From positions 256,001 to 320,000 of the forward strand of contig OY764216.1 of NCBI GenBank assembly GCA_963668315.1: 64,000 nt of DNA, read 5' to 3'. Below the pieces are notes generated by a model. That model was not told the origin of the DNA, made no database searches, and saw nothing but the letters and a program-made list of their open reading frames with translations. The stretch comes from Spirochaetia bacterium. Lineage in GTDB: Bacteria > Spirochaetota > Spirochaetia > DSM-2461. The translations under genes and the position numbers were made by a program. Below, piece by piece: positions 38,706-46,652 of this stretch. The first letter of the stretch is position 1. Every line of letters begins with the position of its first letter.

Positions 38706-39821
38706 ATGGCAGATCAGATAATGACATCGAAAAAGGGATCCTTCGCCCGTTTCACCATCACCGACAGGGTTCCCGCCATTTTGGATGACCTCATAGCCCA
38801 TAACCGCTTTTCCCCCGAAACGGAAAAGAGGCTCATGGAACTGAGAGCGTCCCTCCCTTCGGGCGAACTGGCCCCTTTGTCTTCCGCCTATCCTTTCTCA
38901 CGGGATATCAATCAAGTCCTGGCGGAAAATTCCTCCTACGGCTGGCTTAACGGCCCGTTCCTCTTTCTGGAAAACTATCTCTACCATAGAATCTCCGATA
39001 TCTGCGGTTTCTACTCCAACGGTTTTGATTATTTCCTTTACAGGAAGGAAAGCGAATCCCGGAAGGGGCTGAATAAGTTTGCAGACTCTCTGAAAAGGCT
39101 GGAGAAGATCGGGACCTTTTCCGAAATATGCCTCATGAACCTGGCGGGAAACAAGGCCGATCTGAGCCAGAACTCCTCCTATTACTCTTCCGACGCCGAT
39201 TTCGATCTGCTGATTGATCATAGGAGCAGAGCCGCCGCGAAGCTGGAAAACTGTTCCTCCGTGGATATCCTTTTGGATAACGGGGGAGAAGAGCTGTTCT
39301 TTGATCTGCTTCTTACGCACTGGCTTCTTAAGCACAAAAAAGCAGGCCGAGTGAAACTCCATTTTAAACGGATGCCCTATTTCGTATCCGATGCCCTGAT
39401 TTCCGACTACCGCTTTCTTCTTCGGATTTTATCGGAGAAAAAGGAGACGGCCCGGTTCGCAGAGGACCTGAACCGCTATGAGAGCGGGGGGATGCTCGCG
39501 CTGGGGGACGATCCTTTCCTCGTCAGCGGAAAACCCTTCTCCCGGCTGGAAGGAGAACTGGCGGCGGAACTCTCCCGGTCGGATCTCATCATTTTCAAGG
39601 GAGATTTGAATTACAGAAGACTGGTCGGAGATAATGATTGGCCCCACGAGACGCGAACCTCTTCCCTGGTAAACTACTTCAATACGGACATTCTGATAAG
39701 CCGCATATTGAAATCGGAAGTAATGACGGGCCTCGATCCCGGGATGATTCCCTTAGGGAATAATACCGACTGGATGTTCAACGGGAAATACGGACAGATT
39801 GAATTTGTCGAGAGCATATAG
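38706..39821 (+). CDS. Damage-control phosphatase, ARMT1/DUF89 family
   Basis: SFARFTITDRVP, GNKADLS, LDNGGEELFFD, KRMPYFVSD, FKGDLNYRRL. Confidence 0.88.
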   Translation: MADQIMTSKKGSFARFTITDRVPAILDDLIAHNRFSPETEKRLMELRASLPSGELAPLSSAYPFSRDINQVLAENSSYGWLNGPFLFLENYLYHRISDICGFYSNGFDYFLYRKESESRKGLNKFADSLKRLEKIGTFSEICLMNLAGNKADLSQNSSYYSSDADFDLLIDHRSRAAAKLENCSSVDILLDNGGEELFFDLLLTHWLLKHKKAGRVKLHFKRMPYFVSDALISDYRFLLRILSEKKETARFAEDLNRYESGGMLALGDDPFLVSGKPFSRLEGELAAELSRSDLIIFKGDLNYRRLVGDNDWPHETRTSSLVNYFNTDILISRILKSEVMTGLDPGMIPLGNNTDWMFNGKYGQIEFVESI

Positions 39822-39854
39822 CCTAAAACTTTCAAACCGGGGTATAATCCCTCC

Positions 39855-40550
39855 ATGGATTGGAAAATGTTTTTTAGTACTTTTGCCCTTATCTTCCTGG
39901 CCGAACTGGGAGATAAAACCCAGCTCACCGCTCTGGCCCGCAGTGCCGCAGGGGGAAAATGGGTCGTTTTCTTCGCCGCCTCCCTGGCTTTGGTCTGTTC
40001 CACCCTGGTAGCGGTGCTTTTCGGCTCGGTGATAAGAAAATATATTCCGGAGAATTATATCAAGATTACCGCGGGCAGTCTCTTTCTTATCTTCGGAGCC
40101 ATAACACTTGTCTCCGCTTTCCGCGGCGGGGAAGAAGCCCCCGCTCCCGTAGTGGAAGGTCATCCCGCTCCCTGGGTATTCCGCCTTGCCGCCGGTTTTG
40201 AAGAGGCCGCTGTGAAGGATTATGAAGAACTGGCGAAAAAAACGGACGGGAGGTTAAGGGAACTCTTCCTGACTCTCGCCGAAGAAGAAAAGGAACATCT
40301 GGCGAGACTCCGCTCCGGCTTAACCGGCAATGACGCTCCCGCCGAAACATCCCGTTTCAGTAAACTGTTCCACGATGCGGCGGAAGAGGACCGGCCCCTT
40401 GTGCAGCATGCCATAGAACACGAAAAGGCCACGGCCGATTTCTATGACGAACTGGCCAGGCAGATCAATCTGCCCCGCATGAAAACCTTTTTTTCCCAGC
40501 TAGCCCGGGAAGAACACTCCCATGCGGACAGACTGGAAAAACTGACGTAA
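39855..40550 (+). CDS. GDT1/TMEM165 (UPF0016) half-transporter fused to a rubrerythrin/ferritin-like domain
   Basis: FLAELGDKTQL plus 3 TMs; C-terminal E..EEKEH / E..EEHSH di-metal motifs. Confidence 0.88.
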   Translation: MDWKMFFSTFALIFLAELGDKTQLTALARSAAGGKWVVFFAASLALVCSTLVAVLFGSVIRKYIPENYIKITAGSLFLIFGAITLVSAFRGGEEAPAPVVEGHPAPWVFRLAAGFEEAAVKDYEELAKKTDGRLRELFLTLAEEEKEHLARLRSGLTGNDAPAETSRFSKLFHDAAEEDRPLVQHAIEHEKATADFYDELARQINLPRMKTFFSQLAREEHSHADRLEKLT

Positions 40551-40555
40551 CCGCC

Positions 40556-40786
40556 TCAGCGGACTTTCCGTTCAAGATCCAGAACAATGGTTTCCAGGTT
40601 TTCGATGCGGCGGCGCAGTTCATCGATCTCGCTTCGGTGGGCCGCCTCCCGTTCCTTCTCTCTCCCGTTATCGGCATAACGTATCTTGGCGATGGATTTT
40701 ATCGTTGAAGAGATGACGGGAAGGCCCACGACTATGGCAACGACGACGATAGGCACGCTGTAAGGACTGGCAAAAAAACCGGACAT
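40556..40786 (-). CDS. Small single-TM coiled-coil protein (PspB-like)
   Basis: SD AAGGAG before MSGFF; TM followed by EIDELRRRIENLETIV. Confidence 0.65.
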   Translation of the reverse strand: MSGFFASPYSVPIVVVAIVVGLPVISSTIKSIAKIRYADNGREKEREAAHRSEIDELRRRIENLETIVLDLERKVR

Positions 40787-40843
40787 CAATAACTCTCCTT
40801 TGGTTGCACAGGCGGGCAGGCAGCCCATGCTGCCGACCGACCC

Positions 40844-40874
40844 TTACTGTTATCACCAGCTATGATAACAGTAA
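40844..40874. promoter_or_regulatory. Perfect 12-bp inverted repeat (candidate operator)
   Basis: TTACTGTTATCA-ccagcta-TGATAACAGTAA. Confidence 0.5.
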
Positions 40875-40897
40875 ACAAATCAAAAGAGAATCACCTT

Positions 40898-42514
40898 TCA
40901 GGAGGAAATCTCCATCTCCCGGTTCAAGTCGCGGCTGCTCTGCACCAGCTCATCGGCCAGGGCATGGATTTCCTTCATGGAAGTGCTTATTTTCACCGTT
41001 CCCAGGGTGATTTCCCTGGTCTCCTCGGAGATTTCCGCAGCCAGGGTCGAAATAGAACCTATGGACTCGTTAATGGAGATCTGGGCGTTATTGACCTCGA
41101 GGGACTGCTCGTCCACCCGGGAGGCGATCTGCCTCAGTTCTCCGGTGGATTTCAGGATGTCCCGGCTGCCCGTCTCCAGCTCGGAAGCGTTCCTGCCTAC
41201 CTCCCCTATGGCTTTGGCAAATTGTTCAATCTCTCTGAATATGTCTCCGAAGGCTTCCTGGGTCAGATCCATGGAACCGCTGGCCTGGGAAAAAGCCGCC
41301 AGGAGATCATTCAAATTCCCCGAAATCGTCGCCGCGCTCTGTGAAGTCGATTCAGACAGAGTTCTCACCTCTCCCGCCACGACGGAGAACCCCCGGCCCG
41401 CTTCGCCGGCATGGGCTGCCTGAATGGAAGCGTTCATAGCCAGCAGATTCGTCCGGTCGGCGATATCGGAAATGACCCGTGCCAGATCACGGATTCCCTC
41501 CAGCAGGTGGAGGACCTTGCCGAAGGCTTCCTTCGTCTCGAGCACCCGGGCTTCTCCCGACCGGGCTTTATCGGTCAGTAGATTCACTCCTGCGGCCCGG
41601 GTGGAAATAACGGTGGAGACATTGTTGATCGAAGCGACCATCTGCTCAATGGCGGCACCGGATTCGTCAACCCTGGAAGACTGTTCCCGGGACAGCTCGG
41701 TCATGATGGAAGCGGATTTCTCCACCCTTTCCAGGGCGGTCATGGCACTGCCCACTCTCTCGTTGAGCAGGCCGAAGCGGTCGTCTATTTTATGAATGTT
41801 ATCTTCAATGACATGGGTGGCGGCGGAAGTTTCCCCCGCGTCGGACAGGAGGTCCTCGGCCTTGGCCATCTGGGCGGCGGAACTCTGGTTCAGCTTCAGG
41901 GCCCATTTCTCCTTTTGCCGGGACTCTTCCATCGCCTTTACCGTGTTTCCCACGACCTTGTCGAAGATCAGGCGGAAGGCGACTAATCCGGTGGAAACGG
42001 AAATCACGGCGATCAGGGAATAGGCCAGATTCTCGATAGGCAGCGGTTCACCGAGCGCTCTGGAGCCGGGTACGGCCTTCAATAGGATGTACCCCCCGTA
42101 ACTGAGGAAATAGGCGGCGCAGAGCCCGATGAGAAGGGAGCGGTTCGTAATGAAAACGGCGCTGAACACCAGAAAGGAGCCGAGAATAAAACTGAACTGG
42201 ATAAACGATTCGGCACCGCTGTAGCTCCGGCTGATCTGCATCAAAAACATGGCCAGTTCCATAAGAGGGAAAAAGATATTGCTGACCAGTATATACTTTC
42301 CCCTCTGGATGCCTGAGAGAGCGGCAAGCATCAGGATAAAAAAAAGTGAATGGAGGACCATTCTTGCCAGGGGAGTATGGTTTTTAATATCGGCGGCGAT
42401 AAGAAAAACCGTCAGGGTAAGGAGGATATACAGGACCACCTTTAAGAGGGGCACCTTCATCTGTATATCCAGGGGTGAATCGTCATACTTTTTGTTATTT
42501 TTAAATTCGGACAT
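40898..42514 (-). CDS. Methyl-accepting chemotaxis protein
   Basis: Start MSEFK (SD AGGAG; promoter TTGACA-17-TATTAT); 5-6 TMs; [38 protein letters not shown]. Confidence 0.92.
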   Translation of the reverse strand: MSEFKNNKKYDDSPLDIQMKVPLLKVVLYILLTLTVFLIAADIKNHTPLARMVLHSLFFILMLAALSGIQRGKYILVSNIFFPLMELAMFLMQISRSYSGAESFIQFSFILGSFLVFSAVFITNRSLLIGLCAAYFLSYGGYILLKAVPGSRALGEPLPIENLAYSLIAVISVSTGLVAFRLIFDKVVGNTVKAMEESRQKEKWALKLNQSSAAQMAKAEDLLSDAGETSAATHVIEDNIHKIDDRFGLLNERVGSAMTALERVEKSASIMTELSREQSSRVDESGAAIEQMVASINNVSTVISTRAAGVNLLTDKARSGEARVLETKEAFGKVLHLLEGIRDLARVISDIADRTNLLAMNASIQAAHAGEAGRGFSVVAGEVRTLSESTSQSAATISGNLNDLLAAFSQASGSMDLTQEAFGDIFREIEQFAKAIGEVGRNASELETGSRDILKSTGELRQIASRVDEQSLEVNNAQISINESIGSISTLAAEISEETREITLGTVKISTSMKEIHALADELVQSSRDLNREMEISS

Positions 42515-42669
42515 TTCTTTCTCCTGGGAAGGAATGAATCTATAATATGTTCCCCCGCCCGGGCCTGTCAAGCCGATAAAAGTGAAGTTAAACTTTTGTT
42601 TTTACCGGCGAATAGGATTATAATTATAAGTGAGCTTGAATGTGATGCGACATTGCAAGGAGTGAAGCT

Positions 42670-43155
42670 ATGAGACTATGTAAAAAATGGGTCCTGGTTC
42701 TCCTGCTGATTTTCTGTGCATCCTGGGGACTTACGGCAATCGGATTGGATTATCACGTCGGGGCGGGAGTTTCCGTCCCCTTTGTAGAATCGCAGGCGAC
42801 CTTCGCCTTTCCCTCCCTCTATGGAGGCCTGGGAGCCAATCTGACTCCCAAACTGGCTCTGGGAGGGGAATACGAGGTATTCGGGTTCTACCTCCTCGGA
42901 TACGGAGCCTTTGTCCATATGCCCAAGGCTTACGTTAAGCTTGATATGGCTCCGCGGTTCACCCTTACCGGTGTAGGCGGCGTAGCCTTCCCCACGGTGT
43001 TCTCACCGGATTCTTCGGAAACCTTTACCGAGGCCAACGTAGGATTCGTCGGGGCAAGGGTGACCCTGTTCTTCATGAGCCTGGAGTACCAGATCCTGAT
43101 AGACAGGGATGTTCCCCTCTCCCTGCTCTCCCTCGGAATAGCGATAAAACGCTAG
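42670..43155 (+). CDS. Exported protein, candidate small outer-membrane beta-barrel
   Basis: SD AGGAG; signal peptide; alternating Gly/aromatic beta-strand pattern. Confidence 0.6.
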   Translation: MRLCKKWVLVLLLIFCASWGLTAIGLDYHVGAGVSVPFVESQATFAFPSLYGGLGANLTPKLALGGEYEVFGFYLLGYGAFVHMPKAYVKLDMAPRFTLTGVGGVAFPTVFSPDSSETFTEANVGFVGARVTLFFMSLEYQILIDRDVPLSLLSLGIAIKR

Positions 43156-43164
43156 GAAAGAGAA

Positions 43165-44847
43165 CTAATCCCGCGTGAGAGACCGGTATTTGATTCGATG
43201 GGGCTGATCCGCATCGACACCCAGGCGCCGCTTCTTATCCTCTTCGTACTCTGAGTAGTTTCCTTCGAACCAGAATGCGGCGCTGTCCCCTTCAAAGGCC
43301 AGGATATGGGTGGCGACCCTGTCCAGGAACCACCGGTCGTGGCTGATGACCACGGCGCATCCGGCGAAATTCTCAAGTCCCTCTTCCAGAGCACGGATCG
43401 TATTCACATCCAGATCATTGGTCGGCTCGTCCAGAAGCAGCACGTTGGCCCCCTCTTTGAGCATCATGGCCAGGTTGATTCTGTTCCGCTCTCCCCCCGA
43501 AAGGACTCCCACCTTTTTCTGCTGATCGGAGCCGTTGAAGTTAAACTGGGATACGAAAGCCCGGGAGTTCATCTCCCTGTGGCCCAGCTTGATGATATCC
43601 AGACCGTCGGAAATCTGCTCCCATACGGATTTTTCCGGGTCCAGTTTCTCCCGGGTCTGATCCACATAGGCCAGTTTGACCGTCTCACCCAGGCGGAGGT
43701 TTCCCGCATCGGGGGTATCCTGGCCGGTTATCATTTTGAAAAGGGTTGTCTTACCCGCACCGTTGGCTCCGATTATACCGATGATGCCGCCGGGGGGCAG
43801 CTTGAAGGACAGATTCTCATAGAGAAGGCGCCCGTCGAAACCTTTTGAGACGCCGTCCGCCTCAATAACCACATCACCCAGCCTCGGCCCGGGGGGAATG
43901 AAGAGCTGAAGGTCCTTCATCCTCTCCTCGTTCTCCTGGCCCAGAAGGCTCTCGTAGGAGTTCAGCCTGGCCTTGCCCTTGGCGTGCCGTCCCTTGGGGG
44001 ACATGCGAATCCACTCCAGCTCCTGCTTGAGGGTCTTCTGCCGGTTCGATTCGGCTTTCTCCTCCTGGGCCAGGCGCTTCTGCTTCTGCTCCAGCCAGGA
44101 CGAGTAGTTCCCCTTCCAGGGAATGCCTTCGCCCCGGTCCAGCTCCAGAATCCATCCGGCCACGTTGTCCAGGAAATAGCGGTCGTGGGTTACGGCGATA
44201 ATCGTTCCCTCGTAACGCTGGAGATGGTGCTCCAGCCAGGCCACCGACTCGGCGTCCAGATGGTTGGTCGGCTCATCGAGGAGCAGGATATCGGGCTTTT
44301 TCAGAAGCAGGCGGCACAGGGCCACCCGCCGTCTCTCACCACCGGAAAGGACCTTTACCGACGCATCGCCGGGAGGACAGCGCAGGGCGTCCATGGCCAG
44401 TTCCAGGCGGGAATCCAGTTCCCAGGCATCCAGAGCTTCCAGACGGTCCTGAACCTCCCCCTGCCTCTCCAGCAGGGCGTTCATCTCGTCGTCGGTCATC
44501 TCTTCGCCGAACTTCATATTAATGTCATCGTATTCTTTGAGCAGATCCACCGTTTCCTGGACGCCCTCTTCCACGATCTCGCGGACAGTTTTGGTCTCGT
44601 CCAGTGCGGGCTCCTGTTCCAGGTAGCCGATGGTGTAGCCGTCGGAGAGCACCGTCTCGCCGGTAATATCCGTATCGACCCCGGCCAGAATGCGCAGCAG
44701 GGTACTCTTACCGGCGCCGTTCAGACCGAGCACGCCGATCTTGGCCCCGTAGAAATAGGACAGGTAGATGTCCTTGAGAACGGTTTTCTGATTATGGGTC
44801 TTGCTGACCCCCACCATGGAATAAATTACTTTTTTGTCGTCAGCCAT
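43165..44847 (-). CDS. ettA: Energy-dependent translational throttle protein EttA (ABC-F)
   Basis: GAKIGVLGLNGAGKSTLL, LSGGERRRVALC, LKQELEWIR, PPGPRLG, second ABC domain. Confidence 0.95.
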   Translation of the reverse strand: MADDKKVIYSMVGVSKTHNQKTVLKDIYLSYFYGAKIGVLGLNGAGKSTLLRILAGVDTDITGETVLSDGYTIGYLEQEPALDETKTVREIVEEGVQETVDLLKEYDDINMKFGEEMTDDEMNALLERQGEVQDRLEALDAWELDSRLELAMDALRCPPGDASVKVLSGGERRRVALCRLLLKKPDILLLDEPTNHLDAESVAWLEHHLQRYEGTIIAVTHDRYFLDNVAGWILELDRGEGIPWKGNYSSWLEQKQKRLAQEEKAESNRQKTLKQELEWIRMSPKGRHAKGKARLNSYESLLGQENEERMKDLQLFIPPGPRLGDVVIEADGVSKGFDGRLLYENLSFKLPPGGIIGIIGANGAGKTTLFKMITGQDTPDAGNLRLGETVKLAYVDQTREKLDPEKSVWEQISDGLDIIKLGHREMNSRAFVSQFNFNGSDQQKKVGVLSGGERNRINLAMMLKEGANVLLLDEPTNDLDVNTIRALEEGLENFAGCAVVISHDRWFLDRVATHILAFEGDSAAFWFEGNYSEYEEDKKRRLGVDADQPHRIKYRSLTRD

Positions 44848-44890
44848 GCTGTGATATTACAGGAGGGGGGCCGGGAAAGGCAAGAGGCCG

Positions 44891-46495
44891 CTACAGGGTG
44901 TTACCGGCGGTAGCGTTAAGTTTCTTCGTAAAAGCCGAAAGCTCGGTGGTCATCTGCCTGAGTTCTTCCAGGGACCGGCGGATATCCCCGGAACCGGATT
45001 TGATCTCGTCTATACCGGAAGAGACCTCGTCCACGACCCGGCTCACATCGTCGATATCGCCGGAAATGGCCTGCCTGTCGCTGGAAACCCGGCTCACCTG
45101 GTTCGCCACCTTACCGGTGAATTCGTTCAGCCGGGCCGTGGATCGTAAAATCTCGCTGCTTCCCACGGAGAGCTCTTCGGTGCTCGAGGAAATCTCCTGC
45201 ATCGCCCGGGAGACCGATTCAATCTCGCGGCTGATCTCGTTAAAGGACTCCCCGGAGAGCTCTATATTCCTCCCGGAATTCCTGATCGCCTCCACCAGCT
45301 CCTTGATGATGCTGCCTATCTCCTTGGCGTTGACCGAACTTGACTCGGCCAGTTTGCGCACCTCATCGGCGACCACGGCGAATCCCCGTCCCGTATCCCC
45401 CGCATGGGCCGCCTCGATGGCCGCGTTCATGGCCAGGAGATTCGTCTGGGCGGCGATGGAACTTATCACTCCGGTCATCTTGTTAATGCTCTCGATACGG
45501 TCCATGACTTCGGCGAAGGAGTCCTGGGTCTGGGTGATCACCGCCTCCCCTGACCGGGCCGTCTCGCTCAGATTATTCACCGTCTCTTTGCGGGAATCGA
45601 TGATGGAGGAAACATTTTTGATGGAAGCCACCATCTCCTCGATGGACGCTCCCGTCTGGGTTACCGTGGCCGACTGCTCCTCCGTCGCCCCGGACAGCTC
45701 ACCCACGCTGGAAGAAATGCCCGAAAGGGATTCCTGGGATGACCGGGATTTTTCCCTCAGGGAGCCGATCTCCTCGCCTATGGTCTGCACGGTCCGCTCA
45801 ATCTCATAGGCGGCCGAGGCGGTCCTGTCGCTGAACTCATCAAGATCCAGAATGCGGGAAAACTGTTCCGCCCCGGCCTTTATAAGCTGATTATTGCGTT
45901 CCGTCTGCTCTCTGATCTGTTCAAACTGGGCGGCCGATTCTTCCAGCATCTTCTTGTCCACCCTGTCTCTGAACATAGAAAACATCTGGGTGCCCAGAAA
46001 ATACAGGAAGGGAATACCCATGAGATAAGCTCCCTCGGCCAGACTCCAATCGATTCTCCCCGTCAGAAAAAGCACCCCGAACCGTCCCAGGAATGAGACC
46101 AGAGCCAGAGTGACGAGGACGAATATGACCCTCTCGTCAACCAGAAGGAAAGAGGCCAGATAAAGGCCCAGAGACGCTCCGAAAAGCTGAAAAGCCGCCG
46201 CATGATCTCCGGTAAACCCTTCCGTCAGGGACACCAGGTTGAGAACGATAAAAAGGGAATAGGACGTAATAGAAGCGGCGACCCGAAAGTTCCCCTTCCG
46301 CAGGAATATCTGCGAGACCAGAAAGGCTATCAGCAAAAGGGGCAGAACCCCCGCTTTAATCCATGCCTCATCCAGTATTTCCACGACTTCGACAAGAGTG
46401 ATAAGAATAAAAAAAACAATATTCACCGCTTTCAGAACGGGGGCTTTCAAACGAATGGAGTACTCTTCCCCGGTATACTTTTTCACTATCTGCAT
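44891..46495 (-). CDS. Methyl-accepting chemotaxis protein
   Basis: 5-6 N-terminal TMs; [38 protein letters not shown]. Confidence 0.93.
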   Translation of the reverse strand: MQIVKKYTGEEYSIRLKAPVLKAVNIVFFILITLVEVVEILDEAWIKAGVLPLLLIAFLVSQIFLRKGNFRVAASITSYSLFIVLNLVSLTEGFTGDHAAAFQLFGASLGLYLASFLLVDERVIFVLVTLALVSFLGRFGVLFLTGRIDWSLAEGAYLMGIPFLYFLGTQMFSMFRDRVDKKMLEESAAQFEQIREQTERNNQLIKAGAEQFSRILDLDEFSDRTASAAYEIERTVQTIGEEIGSLREKSRSSQESLSGISSSVGELSGATEEQSATVTQTGASIEEMVASIKNVSSIIDSRKETVNNLSETARSGEAVITQTQDSFAEVMDRIESINKMTGVISSIAAQTNLLAMNAAIEAAHAGDTGRGFAVVADEVRKLAESSSVNAKEIGSIIKELVEAIRNSGRNIELSGESFNEISREIESVSRAMQEISSSTEELSVGSSEILRSTARLNEFTGKVANQVSRVSSDRQAISGDIDDVSRVVDEVSSGIDEIKSGSGDIRRSLEELRQMTTELSAFTKKLNATAGNTL

Positions 46496-46617
46496 AAATC
46501 ACCTCTCCTGGAGACAATTGAATTGTTACTGGTTCATTTTAGAAGGCTATAAAGTAAATAACAAGAACATTTTATAAAAAGAGACAGGTGAGAACGTTCC
46601 GCCTATCCCGGCGGAAT

Positions 46618-46646
46618 TTGACATTCCCATTCTTCGGCCCTAAAAT
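46618..46646 (+). promoter_or_regulatory. Consensus sigma70 promoter, leaderless-type
   Basis: TTGACA-17nt-TAAAAT-6nt-ATG (46653); no SD. Confidence 0.7.
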
Positions 46647-46652
46647 TTACCT

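Noticed and set aside
42572..42579. Sigma28 -10 element GCCGATAA
   Set aside because: No TAAA at the required spacing.
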